In this document: one piece after another, positions 8,337-16,292 of the stretch
How the letters are laid out: each line of letters begins with the position of its first letter
Numbering within the stretch: position 1 is the first letter of the stretch
Translations under genes and position numbers: made by a program
Assembly: GCA_035533875.1 (NCBI GenBank)
Contig: DATLSZ010000002.1
Coordinates: 9,622 to 73,621, forward strand
DNA from: Candidatus Acidiferrales bacterium
Lineage (GTDB): Bacteria; Patescibacteriota; Microgenomatia; Levybacterales; UBA12049
Length of the DNA: 64,000 nt
Direction of reading: 5' to 3'
The notes under the pieces: model-generated
Database searches by the model: none
Told to the model about the DNA's origin: nothing
The model's input: only the letters and a program-made list of their open reading frames with translations

Positions 8337-11315
8337 TTAGTATCCCCGGAAAATCGCACCTAAAATTATACTTGTTGATTCTCCAAATAAAGATTCCTTC
8401 TTACGCTTATCACCAATAAAGAGATCTGCAAAAAACTGGCGGGTGAAAAGTTTGGTTCTTGTAGTACCGGAGATACGCCTGAGCCATTTCATTTGTTCCT
8501 CACTAAAAAATCCTTTGGGAATACGTGTCCCTTTCATATGAAATTCGCTGCCGGCAAGGTCACCGGGAAGATTCTCGATTGCCTCAAGAATATTCATATA
8601 ATGATCCATAGTAAATGCCGGATCAGTGCTATGCCGATCAATATGTGCCCAGAGATCCGCTGCTATTTTTGTGAGCATCCATTGTTTATATACTAGTGAC
8701 TTTTTCTCTTGCAATTTATTTGGATCTATCACATTTTTCCCGCTCGGATCTACAATGTATTTCCCTCGTTTTCGGAATCCAAGTCGTTTCAATTCTCTCC
8801 AATGCTCAGGACTTACATCACCCACTTCTTTACGAAATTCAGGGATGTCAAGCATCTCATGACCCATCATTGCCTCTCCAAGAGACATTGTTTCATACCG
8901 CCACATCGGCTTACCATCCTTATCTTTCCCAATATACACAGGCGTACGCACGTTCATATTTAATTGCGTTGCTCCATTTGCTTCAAAAAGATAGCGAAGC
9001 GGCGTAATCATTTTACTTTGCAGCGCGCTTTGCCATTCTTCTCTATTAAAACTTACTCCCCGAAAGACACTATCGTATTTTGTGAATTTTTCAAATGCAG
9101 TCTCTTGCCCCTTCATAACCTGTTCATAAATCGCTCTTCCACGATCAATGAGATTTCTTGCATATACACCCATCGCTTGATCATTGAATTCAAGCAGCGA
9201 CCCATGCGTCTTAAAACTATTTTTTGCAACCTCATCAAGCGCAGTAAGCTTCAGTAAGATACTATTTCTTGCACTCTCGTCCGTCTCGTTTTTGAGCTGC
9301 TCCAATAAATCATTCCGTTTTCGATCATACATCTGGCTTTCTTCTTGCATCCTACTCATAACCTCAAGCGGTGTTAAATTACGAGATTTCCATACAGGCT
9401 TTCCATCTTTGTAGGTATAGATATAATGCTCATTGGCGTTCTCCAGCAACACTCCTTCCAAGAACGGTACCCCGATCTGTTTGAATTGAAAAACGCTGTA
9501 GGGGTTCCCCGCACCGCCAAACCCCATATATTTCAACCGGTATGCAAGAGTACGATACCATTTTGTATCCGCAAGGTGTCCTGAAACACCGGGAAAGTTA
9601 TTTTTCGCCATTGCACCAGTAAAAAAGGACCACGAGTAAGCCATCAGCCATGCATAATTAAGAGAAAAGTCATCGATGGTCTTGCCATCTTCTGTTTTCG
9701 AATTATTGTCCGGTGAGTTAAGTTTTCCTTCTTTACTGGCAAGCTTATGTTTTACCGTATTTTTCAGCATTTGCTCAAGTACCTTAAGAACCGTCTGTGA
9801 AGTATTTTCTTTCTCCCAAAGATTGATGAACTTCAAAAAGTCTTTGACACTTTTAATCTTTCCTGTTTTCGCGTCAAATGCCTTTGCAAAATTCTCTTCT
9901 TTATACCCGAAAAATTGTTCTACTTGGGGAATCCCCCATTGTTTAAATAGTGACGGACCGGCATAATCCTTTGCAGCTTGTATCCAGCCATCAAGCGTAA
10001 AAAAAGGTGAATCTTTTCCCAGCACTCTCACCAATTCATCAAAATCAGACAAATTATAATAGACCATAAGCATTGTCAGGAACGCTTCTCCCATTTTTGT
10101 GTCACTGTCTTTCCCTTCAAAGTCAACAGGAAGCGTTGCAAGCATTTGGAACATAGACCGCCCGTATACTTTTCGTGACAGCTTACTTAACTCAAACATT
10201 TTCATATACGTTTCTGCCAGTTTCTGTTCATCATGTCTGTTATTGTAGTATTCGATCGCATAGGCACGCTGGAAATACATCATCCACGGTTCAAGCAGTA
10301 CTTGATCATACAGCCTCTGCCAGTAAACCCCTTTTTCATCCTCAAAGTAACGATGTTTGTCAAACAACATAGTAGTCAAATTAATCGTTGCAAATTGTCC
10401 TTTGTGGATTTGGATTTTCTGGAAATAATCAGATATTTCATCGGTATCAAACACTTCATACCATTCCCACGTCGCCATACGCATCCATCTATTAAAGTTG
10501 GCCTGATTAACAACATATCTCCCGTCTTTTACTTTCCCTGTAGCAGGATCTATGTTTACCTGCATCTGGAGGATCGGAAATCTCCCGTTCATGCCGAAAT
10601 CACTTTGATAGCGATACCCCATATTCCATCCAAGATCAAATAAATTTTGTGGTAACTCAGAGTCGTACTCCGCATTCAATACTTCACGAACCTCATCGTC
10701 AAGAATAAATCGCCGTATGTAAGTAACGTTATTTATTCCTAATTTATCTTCAATATAAAAGAACTTTTGCGCTATTCTCGGATCTCCTGAAAGATATCTG
10801 TCACTTTTAAGCCTTTGCTCTAATCTTTTTGCTTCCGGCGTATTATCCTCAGGATAAGCGTCAAACCGTGGAGCGGCATTCAGTACATCCAGTACTTCCC
10901 GCGGGGTCTTTCGCTCTGCAACCAAACAATGCATCGCACTTTCTGCTTGATGCTTTTGAATTTTTAGGACATCCATAAGCTTTGCAATGACTACATTTCT
11001 ATCCCGTTCATTCCAGCCGATCTTTTCCCAAAACTTTTCATCCTCATGGGCAAGCGAATGTTCAGGTATCGCACCTTTATTCCGTTCTTTATCGTCAAAT
11101 TCCTGTTGACCAACTTTGGAGACAGCATCATCCAAACCGTCACGAAGCTGTTGTACCGTCTCTGGCAAAATATTTCTATCCTTATACTGTTCTTCAACAG
11201 TACGTGAATAATGCAGGTCACGAATCTTATCACGCAGTGATTTCATCTCCTCCTGATTCTCCATCATGGGAGCACCTAGTGGTCTCTCCTGTACTCCAAC
11301 ATTTCCTTCTTCCAT
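8337..11315 (-). CDS. large hypothetical cytoplasmic protein (992 aa), no recognisable domain
   Basis: Uninterrupted ORF with no TM segment, P-loop or HExxH/HUH motif seen by eye. The start at 11315 (MEEGNVGV) was preferred over the track ATG at 11360, because TTGACT-18-TATAAT (11351..11322, minus strand) ends 6 nt before it. Confidence 0.8.
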   Translation of the reverse strand: MEEGNVGVQERPLGAPMMENQEEMKSLRDKIRDLHYSRTVEEQYKDRNILPETVQQLRDGLDDAVSKVGQQEFDDKERNKGAIPEHSLAHEDEKFWEKIGWNERDRNVVIAKLMDVLKIQKHQAESAMHCLVAERKTPREVLDVLNAAPRFDAYPEDNTPEAKRLEQRLKSDRYLSGDPRIAQKFFYIEDKLGINNVTYIRRFILDDEVREVLNAEYDSELPQNLFDLGWNMGYRYQSDFGMNGRFPILQMQVNIDPATGKVKDGRYVVNQANFNRWMRMATWEWYEVFDTDEISDYFQKIQIHKGQFATINLTTMLFDKHRYFEDEKGVYWQRLYDQVLLEPWMMYFQRAYAIEYYNNRHDEQKLAETYMKMFELSKLSRKVYGRSMFQMLATLPVDFEGKDSDTKMGEAFLTMLMVYYNLSDFDELVRVLGKDSPFFTLDGWIQAAKDYAGPSLFKQWGIPQVEQFFGYKEENFAKAFDAKTGKIKSVKDFLKFINLWEKENTSQTVLKVLEQMLKNTVKHKLASKEGKLNSPDNNSKTEDGKTIDDFSLNYAWLMAYSWSFFTGAMAKNNFPGVSGHLADTKWYRTLAYRLKYMGFGGAGNPYSVFQFKQIGVPFLEGVLLENANEHYIYTYKDGKPVWKSRNLTPLEVMSRMQEESQMYDRKRNDLLEQLKNETDESARNSILLKLTALDEVAKNSFKTHGSLLEFNDQAMGVYARNLIDRGRAIYEQVMKGQETAFEKFTKYDSVFRGVSFNREEWQSALQSKMITPLRYLFEANGATQLNMNVRTPVYIGKDKDGKPMWRYETMSLGEAMMGHEMLDIPEFRKEVGDVSPEHWRELKRLGFRKRGKYIVDPSGKNVIDPNKLQEKKSLVYKQWMLTKIAADLWAHIDRHSTDPAFTMDHYMNILEAIENLPGDLAGSEFHMKGTRIPKGFFSEEQMKWLRRISGTTRTKLFTRQFFADLFIGDKRKKESLFGESTSIILGAIFRGY

Positions 11316-11321
11316 AATTCC

Positions 11322-11351
11322 ATTATATCGGCTTTGCGAAAAGCCAGTCAA
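11322..11351 (-). promoter_or_regulatory. promoter TTGACT-18-TATAAT, 6 nt before the ATG at 11315 (leaderless layout)
   Basis: Minus-strand reading is TTGACTGGCTTTTCGCAAAGCCGATATAATGGAATTATG. Confidence 0.55.
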
Positions 11352-11451
11352 TCTACACATGCAGTGTACAGCAAATCCAGAGACGCGACTTTATATTGCG
11401 CTTACAAAATAATTATAAAACACTCACAAAATCAGGAGTGCGTTGAAAAGT

Positions 11452-12777
11452 CTAAGAAGTAAAGGTGAAACCGCGGCCTTTCACAGTCTGAAGATGTACA
11501 GGATGGTTGGCATCCTCCTCTATCTTTCGCCGTACACGGAAAATTAACTGATCCACTGCTTGGTCTGTTATCCCGGCAGTAGACTTATTGTCTCCCCAAA
11601 CAATACTTATGAGCTCATCCCGTTCAATGACACGACCTTCATTTTGCAGGAGATATCGGAGAAGACGGAATTCTGAGGATGTTAGTTGATCCGATAAAAC
11701 AGTTGAACCTTTCCGGATTGAATTAGTATGTTCATCATAGCTTATTTTTTGTAGTGATTTTGCTACGTCTTTGTACTCAGTCGCAATGAAAGCAGTAAAT
11801 AGTGGGATCTGAATATGAGAGTCTGTAACCAATCCTACTTGTTCAAGATATTCCGCAATGTCCCGATCCTCAAATTTCTCCTCAAGCAGATCGGCTTGCT
11901 CCGCAGGAGAAAACGATTGCCAAATTTCTGTCAATGATTTTTTTATGATCTTCTGTCCAAGCAAAAATTGCTCCAAATTTTTTGCTAAGTCCTGCCCAAT
12001 GACTGTTTCAAACGAAAGTTTTGTAAGCAAACCATGACCACCGGTGAGCTTGAGTATCTGTCGAACCGTTTGTTCGGGGATTTTTTTGTGGGTCAGTTTT
12101 TCTATATTTGCCAACCAAAAGTCACTCGAAGGCTTATCAAATAAATTCATCTGCACTATCCGATCCGCAATAAATTCATAATAATCTGCTAATGAAGCAG
12201 GATCGAGCACATCTTCAAGTGGTTTATTTACTGAAAAAACTACAGAAAAACGATACTTACCACGATTACGAAGTATTCTGAGATTGGAAAAAAAATCAGT
12301 AGTAACTGTTGGAACATACTCTTCAAAACGGTCAAATAAAAAAACTATTGAGATTTTCTTCTCAAGAGAGAGGTAATCAACTGCTTCTTTAAACCCCTGG
12401 AAGAGGAGAAATTCATCCTGAAATTTTAAATGTTCTCTAAAAATATCTCCTACTGCCTGATTTTCTTCTTTCATCCCCCGCTCACGTAATGATTCAGTCA
12501 GATTAAGGAACAAATATTTCATGACATCAGCAAGCGGTCTATTACGAATCTCGGAAAAATCCACAAGGACGAAATGGCTCTCATCCTGAAATGTACCAAG
12601 ATGTTTTTCTCGGATTTTTTTATTGTAAACCATAAGTCCCAAAACAGTTGAACGGTTTACTCCGGGAATACCCACGAGCTGGCAGGAATTTCCTTTTTTA
12701 ACGTACGCTACAATCTTGTTGATTTCTTCCTTGCGGGTATCTTCAGGGAATTGCGCTAAAAAATGCTCTTCAAACAT
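11452..12777 (-). CDS. transcriptional regulator: N-terminal degenerate P-loop NTPase (AAA/STAND-like) domain fused to a C-terminal OmpR/PhoB-type winged-helix DNA-binding domain
   Basis: C-terminus LTSSEFRLLRYLLQNEGRVIERDELISIVWG...AVDQLIFRVRRKIE...LQTVKGRGFTF is a Trans_reg_C signature. The N-terminus has a Walker-A-like GIPGVNRST (Lys replaced by Arg) and a Walker-B-like VFLFDRFEE. The start at 12777 follows from TTGAAG-17-TACAAT plus a 7-nt gap. Confidence 0.75.
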   Translation of the reverse strand: MFEEHFLAQFPEDTRKEEINKIVAYVKKGNSCQLVGIPGVNRSTVLGLMVYNKKIREKHLGTFQDESHFVLVDFSEIRNRPLADVMKYLFLNLTESLRERGMKEENQAVGDIFREHLKFQDEFLLFQGFKEAVDYLSLEKKISIVFLFDRFEEYVPTVTTDFFSNLRILRNRGKYRFSVVFSVNKPLEDVLDPASLADYYEFIADRIVQMNLFDKPSSDFWLANIEKLTHKKIPEQTVRQILKLTGGHGLLTKLSFETVIGQDLAKNLEQFLLGQKIIKKSLTEIWQSFSPAEQADLLEEKFEDRDIAEYLEQVGLVTDSHIQIPLFTAFIATEYKDVAKSLQKISYDEHTNSIRKGSTVLSDQLTSSEFRLLRYLLQNEGRVIERDELISIVWGDNKSTAGITDQAVDQLIFRVRRKIEEDANHPVHLQTVKGRGFTFTS

Positions 12778-12784
12778 ATATCTC

Positions 12785-12850
12785 ATTGTAACGATTCTTC
12801 ATGCAATCTTCAATCTTCCTCTTGCTTTTCCGCAAATATCTTTGTACGCT
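12785..12850. promoter_or_regulatory. back-to-back divergent promoters for the regulator (minus) and pilin 1 (plus)
   Basis: Minus strand: TTGAAG (12813..12808), 17 nt, TACAAT (12790..12785), then 7 nt to the ATG at 12777. Plus strand: TTGCTT (12822-12827), 17 nt, TACGCT (12845-12850), then 6 nt to the ATG at 12857. Confidence 0.5.
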
Positions 12851-12856
12851 AACTAT

Positions 12857-13177
12857 ATGCAGTATTTTGCGTTAACGCTTCCAGGAAATCAAACAATAAA
12901 TCCTCCGTCCAGTGTGCCCCATGGCGGTTTAAGTACTGTTGCCAAGGTTGTTGGGAATGCTATTACCTTTATGCTCATAATTGCAGCTGTTTTATCTCTT
13001 ATCTATCTGGTATTGGGCGGTATTATGTGGATAAATTCCGGAGGAGATAAACAAAAAGTGGCAGCGGCCAGAGCACGGTTGACGTATGCAATTATTGGAC
13101 TGGTAGTCGCATTAGCATCTTTCTTTATCGTCAGCGTCATGGGATATCTCTTTAAAGTAAACTTACTGAATCTTTAA
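12857..13177 (+). CDS. VirB2/TrbC-type T4SS pilin-like protein 1 (no cleavable signal peptide evident)
   Basis: Two TM helices flank the family motif LGGIMWINSGGDKQKVAAARARLTYAIIGLVVAL. The upstream part of the track ORF (TTG at 12716) would overlap the divergent regulator and was discarded. Confidence 0.75.
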   Translation: MQYFALTLPGNQTINPPSSVPHGGLSTVAKVVGNAITFMLIIAAVLSLIYLVLGGIMWINSGGDKQKVAAARARLTYAIIGLVVALASFFIVSVMGYLFKVNLLNL

Positions 13178-13192
13178 TACAATCTTGATCCC

Positions 13193-13222
13193 TTGACAAA
13201 CAAAAAAAAATTGTTTTATGAT
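13193..13222 (+). promoter_or_regulatory. promoter TTGACA-18-TATGAT with an A9 homopolymer inside the spacer
   Basis: TTGACA at 13193-13198, A9 at 13202-13210, TATGAT at 13217-13222, ATG at 13232. Confidence 0.5.
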
Positions 13223-13231
13223 GGTATAGAT

Positions 13232-13633
13232 ATGAAAAAGCTCGTCACGACACTTCTTACTGCTGGAACATATTTGGGGTTTGCCTCGTCAGCATTTGCC
13301 CAAGCAAAAGTCAATCCTTGTGGAAGCTCTGGACAATTCAGTAAACTCTGCAACCTCAACGCAAATAGTATTGGACCGATTGTCGGAGCAGCTGTCGCTT
13401 TTATTCTCGTTGCGGCGGCATTAATAGCACTCTTCTTCCTTATTTGGGGAGGCATTCGATGGATTATGTCTGCTGGAGATAAAGCAAAGGTAGACAGTGC
13501 ACGGCAAACAATCACAGCTGCAATTATCGGTTTGATCATTGCTTTCCTGGCTTTCTTTATTCTCTCTCTTGCATTAAGCTTCTTTGGCCTGAGCTTAACG
13601 AACTTAACACTTCCAAAAATCCCCAACGCTTAA
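13232..13633 (+). CDS. VirB2/TrbC-type T4SS pilin-like protein 2 (signal peptide, 2 Cys)
   Basis: Signal peptide MKKLVTTLLTAGTYLGFASSAFA/QA. Motif WGGIRWIMSAGDKAKVDSARQTITAAIIGLIIAF between two TM helices. Confidence 0.8.
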   Translation: MKKLVTTLLTAGTYLGFASSAFAQAKVNPCGSSGQFSKLCNLNANSIGPIVGAAVAFILVAAALIALFFLIWGGIRWIMSAGDKAKVDSARQTITAAIIGLIIAFLAFFILSLALSFFGLSLTNLTLPKIPNA

Positions 13634-13684
13634 GCTGAGTTTTTCTTCTTGCTTTTTTCCTTACTCTTTTGCTACGCTTAGTTT

Positions 13685-14083
13685 ATGCTTCTTAGAATAT
13701 TTATCATTCTTACCTTTTTCTCTGTCATTGGACTCTTTACTTCGCCCGTGCCAGCACATGCACAAAGTTGGGGTGGATGTGTTGTTAATGGCATAGCAAC
13801 ACTGCGATGTATTCCAATTGTTTTTAATAACATTGTCAATGCCGCATTGATATTTGTCGGCAGTGTCGCTGTTATTCTTCTCATATATGCCGGAATCAGG
13901 TTTATCATGTCAGGCGGTGATCCCAAACAGACACAGCAAGCAAGACAAATTATTACCTATGCCATCATTGGTCTTGTTATTGTCTTAACATCGTTTGGAA
14001 TAATATATCTCATAGGCTACTTAACAAACTCTACTAATTGTATTACCGACCTTAATGCTATGACACACGGCGGGTGTAAATAG
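13685..14083 (+). CDS. VirB2/TrbC-type T4SS pilin-like protein 3 (signal peptide, 4 Cys)
   Basis: Signal peptide ...SPVPAHA/QS. Motif YAGIRFIMSGGDPKQTQQARQIITYAIIGLVIVL. Its own promoter TTGCTT-18-TACGCT (13649..13678) ends 6 nt before the ATG. Confidence 0.8.
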   Translation: MLLRIFIILTFFSVIGLFTSPVPAHAQSWGGCVVNGIATLRCIPIVFNNIVNAALIFVGSVAVILLIYAGIRFIMSGGDPKQTQQARQIITYAIIGLVIVLTSFGIIYLIGYLTNSTNCITDLNAMTHGGCK

Positions 14084-14219
14084 TCATCTTCTTTTCACAC
14101 CACGCTCATTTCCTTACCGCTTTTGACCTATTTTGTTAGGGTTGCAATCAAATTTTTCACGTTATACACTTTTAGCAATAGAATACAACAGTATTATCGT
14201 TATATTCGATTTTTAAATT

Positions 14220-15566
14220 ATGGATCAACACCCAATTCCACAAGATGTTACCGGTTTTCAGTTCAAGTTAATCGGCACAATGACCGTAAAACAATTCGGA
14301 TATGTTGCCAGCGGAGTTGTTATGGCTGTTATACTCTATTACTTACCACTTCAATCTGCATTTGGTATTCTATTAAAAGTGTTGCTTGTCCCTCTTTTTG
14401 GAGCAAGTGGTGTTGTCATTGCTTTTGTACCGATCGACGGCAGGCCGATAGATCTTATGACCTCAAACTTCGTGAAAGCTTTATTCTCACCAAATCAATA
14501 TATCTATCATCGGCAGGGAAGAAAGTTGAGTTTCGGAGATGTCGTAGAAGTAAAGCCACAATCTCCTAAAAAAACACAACAAAAAGTACAAACACAGATA
14601 AACCCAAGAGACACCTCCAAACAGCTTAGTCAAAAAGAGGAAAAGCTCCGCGCTCTTTTACTCAATTCTAGAGGGATAGATAAAAGCGATATTGATAAAA
14701 GGGAATCAGCTTTCCTACAGTCATTAACATTGCCACAAACAACCCCAGGGGTAACGCAAACAACTACAACTCAAATAACAACGCATGCTTCACCATCTAT
14801 TAGCTCTCAATTGCCTAAACCATTTCCGCTGCCACAACAATTCCCTTCTCCTTTGCCTGCTATCAAACAACCGGTTACCCCTCTACCAATGACACAACAA
14901 CCAATACAAAAACCACAGTCAAGTCAAAACAAACAAGATGAGCTTACAAAAAAGGAAACCGCACTTGAACAAGCATTAAGCCAGGCTAAGCAGGAAGAAT
15001 TATCGAGTAACTCTCCAGCAACACATACTGTTGCAGAGCAGAAAATAACACTTTTATCAAAACAAATACAAGAAGTACATGCTCAAAAACAACAGCTCGA
15101 GAATGAACTTGTTCTTCTTCAAACGCAGTTGGCATCCCAAAAAACACATGCATCATCTAACCCAATCCCGAATCTTCAAATACAGAACATCCAAGATCCG
15201 CAGCACGTACGGGTTATCCCACAAAACGTAACAGTAAAGGCTGGACTACCTCATGTTTCAGATTCACCAAATGTAGTTGTTGGTATTGTAAAGGACCCAA
15301 GGGGGAATATTCTGTCAAATATATTGGTGGAAGTAAAAGATAAGGACGGTAACCCGGTTCGAGCATTCAAGACAAATCAACTTGGTCAATTTGCTTCCGC
15401 TACTCCATTAAGCACCGGTATTTATACGATGGAACTTGAGGATCCAAAAAAACAACAGCGTTTTGATGTAATAAAGATTAATGCAAACAATCAAATTATG
15501 CCGCCAATTGAGGTAATATCACATGACGCAAGAGAAGAATTACGCAAGCAATTATTTGCGAACTAA
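14220..15566 (+). CDS. PrgI/VirB3-like T4SS membrane protein fused to a Q/P-rich linker, a coiled coil and a C-terminal carboxypeptidase-regulatory-like beta-sandwich domain
   Basis: The N-terminus IPQDVTGFQFKLIGTMTVKQFGYVASGVVMAVILYYLP plus a second TM helix matches the PrgI family layout. Residues ~150-290 are low complexity (QTTPGVTQTTTTQITT, PLPQQFPSPLP). The C-terminus VVVGIVKDPRGNILSNILVEVKDKDGNPVRAFKTNQLGQFAS is CarboxypepD_reg-like. Confidence 0.65.
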   Translation: MDQHPIPQDVTGFQFKLIGTMTVKQFGYVASGVVMAVILYYLPLQSAFGILLKVLLVPLFGASGVVIAFVPIDGRPIDLMTSNFVKALFSPNQYIYHRQGRKLSFGDVVEVKPQSPKKTQQKVQTQINPRDTSKQLSQKEEKLRALLLNSRGIDKSDIDKRESAFLQSLTLPQTTPGVTQTTTTQITTHASPSISSQLPKPFPLPQQFPSPLPAIKQPVTPLPMTQQPIQKPQSSQNKQDELTKKETALEQALSQAKQEELSSNSPATHTVAEQKITLLSKQIQEVHAQKQQLENELVLLQTQLASQKTHASSNPIPNLQIQNIQDPQHVRVIPQNVTVKAGLPHVSDSPNVVVGIVKDPRGNILSNILVEVKDKDGNPVRAFKTNQLGQFASATPLSTGIYTMELEDPKKQQRFDVIKINANNQIMPPIEVISHDAREELRKQLFAN

Positions 15567-15630
15567 AATAATTTATAAATATGTATCACTATAATTTTTT
15601 AACTTTTAATTTTGAACTTTTAACTTAATT

Positions 15631-16290
15631 ATGGCTGCCCAAAAAATTCACGCAACAACACAAAAATTTACCGAGATAGTCGATTTCGCTGACGATCTTG
15701 TAATTCTCGATGGTGGAAACGCATGTATGATTATTGAGATTACTGCAAGTAATTTTGCGCTCCTCTCAAAACAAGAGCAAGATTCTCGAATTTATTCCTA
15801 TGCAGGGATGCTAAATTCTCTTTCTTTTCCAGTGCAGATTCTTATTCGGAACCGCCGCATGGATATTTCATCCTACATTCATGAGCTTGATGAGGTTATT
15901 AGAAATACAAAAAACGAGCAACTTGCAGCATATGTTGAATACTACAGCGCATTTGTCAAAGAGATGGTAACAGTGAATGTTGTCTTAAATAAATCATTTT
16001 ATATGATTGTTCCCTTTTCATCACTTGAAATGGGTATTTCCGGTGCTGCGCAAACACAACAAAAAAAGCAGTCTCAAAAAGAAACGTTCATTGAATCTGC
16101 TCACAAAATATTAGAAAATAAAGCAAATTCACTACTCGGGCAACTGCAAAAATTTGCAACATCCGCACGTGTCCTTGAAAAAGAAGATTTAATTAAACTC
16201 TTCTACGAAATATATAACGAAGACACAGAAGTAGACATTGAACAAATGCAAGCTGGAGCTAATGCACCGCTTATCCGAGGAGAAATGTAA
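15631..16290 (+). CDS. T4SS-associated protein resembling the N-terminal (non-ATPase) domain of Gram-positive VirB4/PrgJ/TraE proteins
   Basis: FTEIVDFADDLVILDGGNACMIIEITASNFALLSKQEQDSRIYSYAGMLNSLSFPVQILIRNRRMD parallels the first ~90 aa of VirB4-type proteins. No Walker motifs. It ends 2 nt before the VirB4 gene. Confidence 0.5.
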   Translation: MAAQKIHATTQKFTEIVDFADDLVILDGGNACMIIEITASNFALLSKQEQDSRIYSYAGMLNSLSFPVQILIRNRRMDISSYIHELDEVIRNTKNEQLAAYVEYYSAFVKEMVTVNVVLNKSFYMIVPFSSLEMGISGAAQTQQKKQSQKETFIESAHKILENKANSLLGQLQKFATSARVLEKEDLIKLFYEIYNEDTEVDIEQMQAGANAPLIRGEM

Positions 16291-16292
16291 TC

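Noticed and set aside
12716-12856. N-terminal extension of pilin 1 from a TTG start (it would add a hydrophobic, signal-like segment)
   Set aside because: It would overlap the divergent regulator's coding start and both promoters. A TTGCTT-17-TACGCT promoter ends 6 nt before the ATG at 12857. The alternative remains possible.
13216-13626. 136-aa ORF antisense to pilin gene 2
   Set aside because: The plus strand encodes a signal peptide plus the pilin family motif with a good promoter. The antisense ORF has none.
14123-14569. 148-aa ORF overlapping the start of the PrgI-like gene in another frame
   Set aside because: It has Cys/Arg-rich nonsense composition. The overlapping frame has the PrgI-like TM pattern.
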